Positions 57,617 to 64,000 of a stretch of DNA of 64,000 nt are shown here, piece after piece. The notes beneath the pieces are model-generated. The model ran no database searches. It worked only from the letters and a program-made list of their open reading frames with translations, and was not told the DNA's origin. The stretch is taken from NCBI GenBank assembly GCA_964396245.1, contig CAYNEO010000002.1, positions 80,951-144,950 on the forward strand, written 5' to 3'. Each line of letters opens with the position of its first letter. Position 1 is the stretch's first letter. Origin of the DNA: an uncultured Ignavibacteriales bacterium (GTDB lineage Bacteria; Zixibacteria; MSB-5A5; GN15; FEB-12). The position numbers and the translations under genes were made by a program.

Positions 57617-58696
57617 CTAAAAGGTTAAATGTGTCGAGCGTTTGAACGTCAGTCCGGCATGCTTGAAGTCATCGATGTGTTCTTTCTGGAACTCGATACC
57701 GGACAGTTTAAAGAATTTCGGCCAGCCGATCCGCTCGATCCACTCGCCCATACGCTCGTGTTTCTTGGCGTGCTTGGCCCACAACTCGACCAGATTCCTG
57801 ACCGCCGTTGTGACTTCGGGCCAGCGCGGCGGGTTATTCGGGATGAACGGAATAGCCAGCTTGGAGAACATCGGCTCATGACGCGCATTTGACACCTTGC
57901 CGCCGATCCAGATCGAGACGCCGTCGTTCAACGGGTCGTTGAGGGGCATCGACGGGCAAACGGTGTAGCAGTTGGCGCAGAACATGCAGTTCTCCTCGAG
58001 TACCTCGACCGACTGGTTGCCATCGACCATCGCCGGCCGGATGGCCGCGGTGGGGCACGACGCCACCACGTTCGGGATTTCACACTGCTTCTTCAGCATC
58101 TCGTGATTGACCCGCGGCGGGCGGCGGTGAATGCCGAGGATAGCGATATCGGAACAGTGCACGGCGCCGCACATATTCAGGCAGCACGCGAGCGCAATTC
58201 TGAGTTTACCCGGCAGTTTCATATCAACGAAGTACTCGTTGAGTTCGTCCATGACAGCCTTTACGACGCCGGAAGCGTCGGTTGCCGCCGAGTGGCAGTG
58301 CACCCAGCCCTGCGTGTGGACGATACTGGTGATCGAATTGGCGAGACCGCCGACCGGGTGACCGAGCTCGGCCAGGGTTTTGATGATCGGCTCGATGTTC
58401 TCTTCTTTCGGCGTCATGAACTCGACGTTGTGCCGACTGGTGAAACGAAGGTATCCGTCGCAGTACTTGTCGGCGATATCACAATACATGCGGATCTTGT
58501 CGATGCTCAACAGACGGGGGGAAGCCGCACGGATCGTATACAGCTTGTCGCCGGTTTCCGATACGTGTACCATCACTCCCGGCTTGAGAATCTCGTGGTA
58601 TTTCCACTTGCCGTAGTTTTCTTTGATTGTCGGCGGCAAGAACTGCTCGTAATGGGGCGGGCCAAAGTCTGTCCGCCGTTCTTGTACGTCTGCCAT
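57617..58696 (-). CDS. dsrB: Dissimilatory sulfite reductase beta subunit
   Basis: [29 protein letters not shown] and a ferredoxin insert (CPTAAI ... [12 protein letters not shown]) are present. Confidence 0.95.
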   Translation of the reverse strand: MADVQERRTDFGPPHYEQFLPPTIKENYGKWKYHEILKPGVMVHVSETGDKLYTIRAASPRLLSIDKIRMYCDIADKYCDGYLRFTSRHNVEFMTPKEENIEPIIKTLAELGHPVGGLANSITSIVHTQGWVHCHSAATDASGVVKAVMDELNEYFVDMKLPGKLRIALACCLNMCGAVHCSDIAILGIHRRPPRVNHEMLKKQCEIPNVVASCPTAAIRPAMVDGNQSVEVLEENCMFCANCYTVCPSMPLNDPLNDGVSIWIGGKVSNARHEPMFSKLAIPFIPNNPPRWPEVTTAVRNLVELWAKHAKKHERMGEWIERIGWPKFFKLSGIEFQKEHIDDFKHAGLTFKRSTHLTF

Positions 58697-58746
58697 AATA
58701 AACCTCTATGCTTACAGCTTTTGTTTCTTACCAGTTACGGGGCGAC

Positions 58747-59961
58747 TCAGCCCTCTTCTTCCTCTTCGTCCTCGTCGCCTTCTTCGAAGTACTCTTCGTA
58801 GAACACGTACGGGTTTTCACGGGGATGGGCTATCATTTCAGGAACAGGTTCCACTTCGATAGCATCGAGGAAGTTACCCATTCCGACACGCTGGATGAAT
58901 TCGCCCACGCGTTCGCGGTTCTTGCCTTCTTCACTCCAGACATCCCAGATTTTGTCAACCGTATCCTTGATGATGTCATACGGCGGCTCGATCTTGACAA
59001 ACGGGAAGAGTACCGAGGAAAGCAGTGCGCCTTCGACGATCGGCGCCTTGGATCCGATCAGGATTGTGGCGCCGCGATCTTTGCCCGGCCGCAATGCTTT
59101 CGGCATGATGTTTATGCAGTGCATGCAGCGAACGCAGTACGAGTTTTCAATATGCAGTTCCTTGCCGTCCCAGTCCATACACTTGGACGGGCAGTTGTCT
59201 ACGACTTCTGACTTGATATCCAGGCCCTTGTCGGCGTATTCGCGAACGGCGTCCTGATCCATCTGGATGTCATCGCGCCAGGTCCCGATAATCGACATAT
59301 CTGCACGCGCAATCGAGGCCACGCAGTCATTCGGACAACCCGACATTTTGAACTTGAACTTGTACGGGAAGGCCGGACGGTGCAGTTCGTCCTGATAGTG
59401 CATGGTCAGGTCGTACGTAAGAGCCATGGTATCATAGCAGGCCCATTCGCAGCGGGCCATGCCGTTGCAGCAACTCGGCGTCCGCAGGTCGGAACCGGAG
59501 CCGCCGATATCGAAGTCCATCTTGGCAAGATCGGCGAAAGTCGGCTCGAGCTCCTCGGTACGGGTACCGAGCAGGATGATGTCGCCGGTGGAGCCGTGCA
59601 TGTTAGTCAGACCCGAACCGTGATTTTCCCAGATATCACACAGTCCGCGCAGGGCCTTGCTGGTATAAAACCATCCGGCCGGCTGGTTGATACGCATGGT
59701 ATGGAAATGTGAGACACCGGGATACTTGTCCGGCAGGTCGGAATACCGTCCGATAACTCCGCCGCCATATCCCATGACGCCCACAATACCGCCATGCTTC
59801 CAGTGGCCGATTTTTTCCTCGTAGGATTGCTCCAGCTGACCCAAGAGGTCCTTACACATCGGGCTCCTCTTGGCAGCCATCTTGATCTCTTTGACAAAAC
59901 TTGGGAACGGGCCCGTTTCGAGCTCGTCAAGTTTTGGCGTTTTCGGAAGTGCGTCTGCCAT
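58747..59961 (-). CDS. dsrA: Dissimilatory sulfite reductase alpha subunit
   Basis: [14 protein letters not shown] (Cx5C-x3C siroheme/Fe-S motif) and a ferredoxin insert (CPNDC ... CVRCMHC) are present. The C-terminal tail is acidic. Confidence 0.95.
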   Translation of the reverse strand: MADALPKTPKLDELETGPFPSFVKEIKMAAKRSPMCKDLLGQLEQSYEEKIGHWKHGGIVGVMGYGGGVIGRYSDLPDKYPGVSHFHTMRINQPAGWFYTSKALRGLCDIWENHGSGLTNMHGSTGDIILLGTRTEELEPTFADLAKMDFDIGGSGSDLRTPSCCNGMARCEWACYDTMALTYDLTMHYQDELHRPAFPYKFKFKMSGCPNDCVASIARADMSIIGTWRDDIQMDQDAVREYADKGLDIKSEVVDNCPSKCMDWDGKELHIENSYCVRCMHCINIMPKALRPGKDRGATILIGSKAPIVEGALLSSVLFPFVKIEPPYDIIKDTVDKIWDVWSEEGKNRERVGEFIQRVGMGNFLDAIEVEPVPEMIAHPRENPYVFYEEYFEEGDEDEEEEEG

Positions 59962-60056
59962 ACTGTCTCCCTAAGCTTCTTGGAAAAAACTTAAAGTACC
60001 TTATTTGTCGTATTATCTGAATTCTCGGTTATTTACTACTCTTGTTACACGTCCGC

Positions 60057-60074
60057 TTGTTATATTTTTCACAA
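60057..60074 (-). promoter_or_regulatory. Rex/CRP-type box in the predicted dsrA leader
   Basis: The minus strand reads TTGTGAAAAATATAACAA (9/10 core positions). It lies downstream of the putative -10. Confidence 0.45.
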
Positions 60075-60093
60075 ATTTTGCTATCAATAGTAT

Positions 60094-60122
60094 TTATTAA
60101 TGTATAACCCGCTCGTAGTCAA
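60094..60122 (-). promoter_or_regulatory. Putative sigma70-type dsrA promoter
   Basis: The minus strand reads TTGACT (60122..60117), a 17-nt spacer, then TAATAA (60099..60094). This would give a leader of about 125 nt. Confidence 0.35.
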
Positions 60123-60130
60123 GCAGAAAA

Positions 60131-60146
60131 TGTGAAAAAATTCATT
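60131..60146 (-). promoter_or_regulatory. Imperfect Rex/CRP-type box abutting the dsrA -35
   Basis: The plus strand reads aTGTGAAAAAATTCATTa (8/10 core positions). It ends 8 nt upstream of the -35 hexamer, the same geometry as at qmoC. Confidence 0.4.
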
Positions 60147-60225
60147 AACTTTGTCCGATAACAAGGGCCATCCTGTCTATGAAAATCATTGCATAATTTC
60201 TATAATCGACTATTTTGCAATTGGT

Positions 60226-60301
60226 TATGCTATTTCAAATATCGAAATATGACTTAATGGGTCATATTACAGGTCTGTCACATTCGGCGAGAAATAGCAT
60301 A
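60226..60301 (-). repeat. Nested inverted repeats in the qmoB-dsrA spacer
   Basis: The outer arms are 11 bp: TATGCTATTTC (60226..60236) and GAAATAGCATA (60291..60301). They enclose the 8-bp-arm repeat AATATGAC-ttaatgg-GTCATATT (60246..60268). Additional TATTTC/GAAATA copies are present. Confidence 0.6.
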
Positions 60302-60313
60302 TTTCCTGTCAGA

Positions 60314-60330
60314 TAGTCGATCATCGACTA
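60314..60330. repeat. Perfect 17-bp palindrome TAGTCGA-tca-TCGACTA
   Basis: The arms are 7 bp. The half-site TCGACTA recurs at 60206..60212 and at 36569..36575 (sat-qmoC intergenic). Confidence 0.6.
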
Positions 60331-60345
60331 AATTTTCACAGTCAG

Positions 60346-60389
60346 GGACCTCTCGAAGTTCCTGTATTTCCATGGAAACTTCGAGGTCC
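60346..60389 (-). other. Strong hairpin immediately after the qmoB stop
   Basis: The minus strand reads GGACCTCGAAGTT-(16-nt loop)-AACTTCGAGAGGTCC, a 13-bp stem with a 2-nt bulge. No U-tract follows. Confidence 0.55.
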
Positions 60390-60404
60390 GTGACTATACC
60401 TGAC

Positions 60405-62669
60405 TTACATTCCCTTATAAGGATTCGGTCCTACCGTTTCGATGACCTCGAGGAAATCATCGAAGATTTTCGGGATCTTCGAATAGTCGTTGATTGCCAG
60501 CTCGTGGAACTCAACGCGCTCCTCTTCGAGCACCAGTTGTGTCAACTTCTCGCGAACGTTGTCCATCCGGTACTCGGCCAGTTCGCTTCCTTTAATGAAG
60601 TGACACTGGTAGTCATCGCCTTTCTTACACCCTATCAGCAAAACGCCATCAAAGCCGCTCGAAAGAGCGTCATTGACCCAGACTGCGTTCATCGATCCGA
60701 GACAGCGCAGCGGGATAATTCTGATCATGGAATTGTATTGCATCCGCTTCATGCCGGCCATATCGACCGCCGGCATGGCGTCGTTTTCGCAAATGAATGC
60801 GAGAATACGCGGCTTTTCCTCGAATTCGTCCGGCACATGGATGGATCGTATCATCTGCGAAACCATTCGGACGCTGTAATTCTTGAACGAAACGATTCGC
60901 TCCGGACATGCACCCATGCAGACGCCGCAGCGCCGGCAGCGGAACAGATTGGGCAACGGCGTGCCTTTGGCGTCTTCGTCGAGAGCGCCGAACGGACATT
61001 CTTCCGTACAGCGCTTGCACTGCGTGCATTTCGACATGAAGAATTCGGGATAGCTCAGGTCGCCGGACCTCGGATGAACGGCCTTGCCGGCCGCGACTGA
61101 CTCGACGGCCTGGATCGCCTTGAGGGCCGCCCCGTAGGCATCATTCTCACTCATTGCGAGGTCCATCGGAGCTCGCACGCCTCCGGCGGCATAGATTGCG
61201 GTCCGTCGAGTTTCATACGGGAAACAAATAAAATGCGAGTCCGGAAATCCGTACTTGAGTGTCGGCAGATCAGTCCCCTGTCGGTACGACAGGTTGAGAA
61301 TTTTGGCGCCTTTTTCGGCGCTCTGAGCTTCCAACTTGCCGTCGGAAGTCGTGGCGCGCTCGGCAGGTGCTTGTGCCGGAGCCTGCTGCTCTGCCCCTTC
61401 CGTCTCGGACACCGGCGGCAGGCCTTCCACCTTGGTGGTAGGCACCATACCGGTGGCAAGCACAACCATGTCGGCCTTGACCCGGATATCTTCACCGAGC
61501 AACGTCTCCGTGACATCCACCACCAGCTTGCCGTCGTCTTCCTTTGTTACTCCGCCTATTTCACCTTTGGTCAGGAAGATGGCATCGTCTTCCTGCGTAT
61601 TGGCGTAAAACTTCTCGTACTGCGCCGGCGAACGCAGGTCCTTATAGATGATGTAGATCTTGGCATCCGGATATTTCTCACGGACATACTTGGCCTGCTT
61701 CAGTGAAACGCGACAACAGACGGCCGAGCAATACGGGAGATGCTCCTGATCGCGGGACCCCGCGCACTGGATGAATGCAATACTCTCGATCGGTTTGTTG
61801 TCCGATGGTCTGAGAATTTCGCCTTTCGATGCCATCTCCTCCATCTGGATATTGGTGATGACGTCAGGCGAGACGCCGAATCCCCAGCGCGTGAGTTTGC
61901 TCGGATCGTACGGTTTCCAGCCGGTGGCCTGTACGATAGATCCGACAGTTACTTGCTTTAAATCGCCGTTTCTCAGGCTGACATCAAACTTGCCCGGTTG
62001 ACCATTGGTCTTCTCCACGGTCGTGGATGTCAAGACGGTGATATTGTCGTGCGAATTGACGGCATCTACCAGTTTCTGGTAACCGGAGTCTTCGAGATCG
62101 TGATACGGCGGGTTTTTCGGGAACACCTTCGAGTACTTGCTTGCCCAGCCGCCGAGCTTGTCTTCTTTCTCAACCAGGGTAACCTTGTAACCAGCGTCAG
62201 CGACAGCTTTGGCGGTTGCCATACCGGTCACGCCGCCGCCAACGACAAGGATATCCTTGCTGGTTTCTTCGATATAGGGCTCCGGCAGAGAGCTATTCTG
62301 AACCCTGGCAATTCCCATACGGATGTAGTCCTCGGCCAGCATCTGCGTATCTTCGTCGTCAGGGGCATGACACCACGCCACCTGTTCGCGAAGATTGGTC
62401 CGGTCGGTCATGACATTATCGCCGAAATCGAACAGCTCCGGGAATACCCTGAAGGAACAGGCAGCAACCACCACCCGGTCCAGCCCTTCGTTCTGGACGT
62501 CGTTGGCGATGAGTTGAACACCTTCGGGATTGCAGAGGGTATTATGCGTTTTTACCAGGTGGACCTTGCCGTCCTCTTTGGCTACCTCAACCAGCTTATC
62601 AACATCGACCGTCCTGGCAATGTCACAGCCTTTGCAAATATAGACACCAACTTTCGTATCCATGACCAT
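60405..62669 (-). CDS. qmoB: QmoB (HdrA-like flavoprotein with ferredoxin and MvhD-like domains)
   Basis: The 754-aa product has VVGGGVTGMATA (FAD), CTQCKRCTEECPFG and CRRCGVCMGACP motifs. The C-terminal MvhD-like block reads AFICENDA ... LIGCKKGDDYQCHF. Confidence 0.9.
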   Translation of the reverse strand: MVMDTKVGVYICKGCDIARTVDVDKLVEVAKEDGKVHLVKTHNTLCNPEGVQLIANDVQNEGLDRVVVAACSFRVFPELFDFGDNVMTDRTNLREQVAWCHAPDDEDTQMLAEDYIRMGIARVQNSSLPEPYIEETSKDILVVGGGVTGMATAKAVADAGYKVTLVEKEDKLGGWASKYSKVFPKNPPYHDLEDSGYQKLVDAVNSHDNITVLTSTTVEKTNGQPGKFDVSLRNGDLKQVTVGSIVQATGWKPYDPSKLTRWGFGVSPDVITNIQMEEMASKGEILRPSDNKPIESIAFIQCAGSRDQEHLPYCSAVCCRVSLKQAKYVREKYPDAKIYIIYKDLRSPAQYEKFYANTQEDDAIFLTKGEIGGVTKEDDGKLVVDVTETLLGEDIRVKADMVVLATGMVPTTKVEGLPPVSETEGAEQQAPAQAPAERATTSDGKLEAQSAEKGAKILNLSYRQGTDLPTLKYGFPDSHFICFPYETRRTAIYAAGGVRAPMDLAMSENDAYGAALKAIQAVESVAAGKAVHPRSGDLSYPEFFMSKCTQCKRCTEECPFGALDEDAKGTPLPNLFRCRRCGVCMGACPERIVSFKNYSVRMVSQMIRSIHVPDEFEEKPRILAFICENDAMPAVDMAGMKRMQYNSMIRIIPLRCLGSMNAVWVNDALSSGFDGVLLIGCKKGDDYQCHFIKGSELAEYRMDNVREKLTQLVLEEERVEFHELAINDYSKIPKIFDDFLEVIETVGPNPYKGM

Positions 62670-63946
62670 TACCTCCTCGCCTCGATGGTGATCGCTTTCA
62701 AGGCTGCTCCGGTGGCATCCTGGAGTGCGGTGGCAACATCAACGGGCCGGTTGGCGACACCGGCTCCTATGACGCCGACACCGGTATCGGGTGCGATAAA
62801 TCCAAACTCGTCGAGCGGCGTATCCAGCGGCGGCCGATCATCGGCGGTGTTGGGCACCATTCCGGTGGCCAGCACGGCCATGTCGACTTCCGTTTTGGTC
62901 ATCTGGCCGGTCAACGTGTTCTCGGCTTCCAGAATCAGGTTTTTCGTATCAGCGACTTCCGTAATGCGGGCCACCTTGCCGCGATGGAAAAAGAACTTCT
63001 CGTCTTCCTGCATCTTGGTGTAGAAATCTTCCATTCTGCCCGGCGAACGGACATCGATGTAGAACATGTGAATTTCGGCCTCGGGGTAGCGCTCGCGGAT
63101 GTATGTGGCCTGTTTCATCGAGGCGAGACAACAGACAGCCGAGCAGTACGGGAGGTGATTTTCATCCCGCGATCCGGCGCACTGAACGAATCCGATTTTC
63201 TTGATCTCTTTGCCGTCAGACGGCCGGCTCACCTGTCCCTGCGTCGGGCCGTTTTCAGATGCCAGCCGTTCCATAATGACATTGGTGACGACATTGGGAT
63301 ACTGCCCGAAGCCGAGATTGTCAATTTTGGTGGCATCGTACGGCTTCCAGCCGGTTGCCCAGACCAGCGAGCGCACTTTGGCGGTGATTGTCCGCGGCTG
63401 CATATCAAGGTCGATAGCGTCGTACTCGCAGGCGTCGACACACTTTTTCATGCGATCATCGCCGGCGTATTGGGGATCGACCACGTATCGCGGCGGATAG
63501 GCCATCATGTGCGGGCGATAAATAGCTTTGGTTTTGTCGAGACCGTAGTTGAAATCGTTTTCGCGCTCGATCTCACACACTTTTTCGCACTCGCCGCAGC
63601 AGGTGCACTTTTCGTTGACATATCGGGGGTTGAGGCGAATCTGCACTTCGTAGTTGCCGGGTGTGCCGCTGACGCTTTCGACCTCGGCAAGCGTGAGAAT
63701 CCGTACATTGGGATTGACACGGATGCGCCTCAAGTTGATTTCAACACCACAGGTTGGCGGGCAGAGCTTCGGGAAGTACTTGTTCATTGCGACAACCCGG
63801 CCGCCTACCGACGGAAGCCGTTCCGCCAGAATCACCTGCTTACCGACTTCTGCTGTTTCCACGGCAGTGGTGAGTCCGGCGATACCACCGCCAACGACCA
63901 GAACGTCGGCTTGAACCTCGTTTTCCTTCGGTTCGAATTCTGCCAT
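62669..63946 (-). CDS. qmoA: QmoA (HdrA-like flavoprotein)
   Basis: The 425-aa product has VVGGGIAGLTTA (FAD) and CTCCGECEKVC motifs. The stop/start with qmoB overlaps as TAATG. Confidence 0.9.
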   Translation of the reverse strand: MAEFEPKENEVQADVLVVGGGIAGLTTAVETAEVGKQVILAERLPSVGGRVVAMNKYFPKLCPPTCGVEINLRRIRVNPNVRILTLAEVESVSGTPGNYEVQIRLNPRYVNEKCTCCGECEKVCEIERENDFNYGLDKTKAIYRPHMMAYPPRYVVDPQYAGDDRMKKCVDACEYDAIDLDMQPRTITAKVRSLVWATGWKPYDATKIDNLGFGQYPNVVTNVIMERLASENGPTQGQVSRPSDGKEIKKIGFVQCAGSRDENHLPYCSAVCCLASMKQATYIRERYPEAEIHMFYIDVRSPGRMEDFYTKMQEDEKFFFHRGKVARITEVADTKNLILEAENTLTGQMTKTEVDMAVLATGMVPNTADDRPPLDTPLDEFGFIAPDTGVGVIGAGVANRPVDVATALQDATGAALKAITIEARR

Positions 63947-64000
63947 ATCTATCTCCCTTACGACCTACCCAACTGTATGCGGGCTAATGTATTTCAAGGG

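Noticed and set aside
58750-58797. The poly-acidic C-terminal tail of DsrA ([16 protein letters not shown]).
   Set aside because: It is visible in the sequence, but I cannot say from memory whether it is unusual for DsrA. It is probably a lineage-specific tail, so I did not raise it as a finding.
1-64000. I looked for mobile elements, CRISPR arrays, prophage or defence-system genes, and rRNA/tRNA genes.
   Set aside because: No transposase-, integrase- or Cas-like translations appear in the ORF track. I saw no regularly spaced direct repeats and no tRNA-like cloverleaf candidates in the intergenic regions I read. Absence is judged by eye only.

Overview
This is a densely coding 64-kb bacterial chromosomal window. 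I saw no rRNA, tRNA, CRISPR array, transposase or integrase by eye.

**Left part (1-18.2 kb, mostly minus strand).** It holds an HD-domain gene fragment and a trio of outer-membrane receptor, small membrane protein and T9SS-tailed HExxH protease. A PHP phosphoesterase and a fused formimidoyltransferase-cyclodeaminase follow. Then come a manC-SPOR-tsaC-LMW-PTP-DUF3108 gene string and an iorA-iorB-buk-ptb-ptb 2-oxoacid fermentation operon.

**Middle (18.4-31 kb, plus strand).** It holds an Rrf2-headed sufC-sufB-sufD-Rieske-sufS-sufU-sufT operon, a MacAB-type efflux system, a ZIP metal transporter and a HEAT-like protein.

**Right half (31-64 kb).** This is an unusually consolidated dissimilatory sulfate-reduction supercluster.
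- sat-aprB-aprA (minus strand) is divergent from a plus-strand unit of qmoC, an 88-aa membrane ORF, a TauE/TSUP permease and a degenerate kinase-like/BON protein.
- On the minus strand the order is qmoA-qmoB | dsrA-dsrB-dsrD-dsrN | dsrL-like | dsrC | dsrT-dsrM-dsrK-dsrJ-dsrO-dsrP | CoA-disulfide-reductase/rhodanese fusion | hemA-sirC-cobA/hemD-hemB | YeiH-like permease.

**Observations I rate highest.**
1. Six Rex/CRP-type TGTGA-N6-TCACA boxes, two of them perfect, sit at the sat, qmoC, dsrA and iorA promoters.
2. The qmo genes are split non-canonically: qmoAB adjoin dsrAB, while qmoC lies about 22 kb away beside sat.
3. A dsrL-like gene co-occurs with dsrD.
4. One DsrJ heme motif reads CxxCN instead of CxxCH.
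5. A structured, repeat-rich, AT-rich spacer separates qmoB from dsrA.
6. Several uncharacterised genes are embedded in the cluster: a zinc-ribbon protein plus YkgJ protein, a small TM ORF plus TSUP permease plus pseudo-kinase/BON, and the CoADR-rhodanese fusion.

All family assignments come from reading motifs in the translated ORFs. No database search was run.
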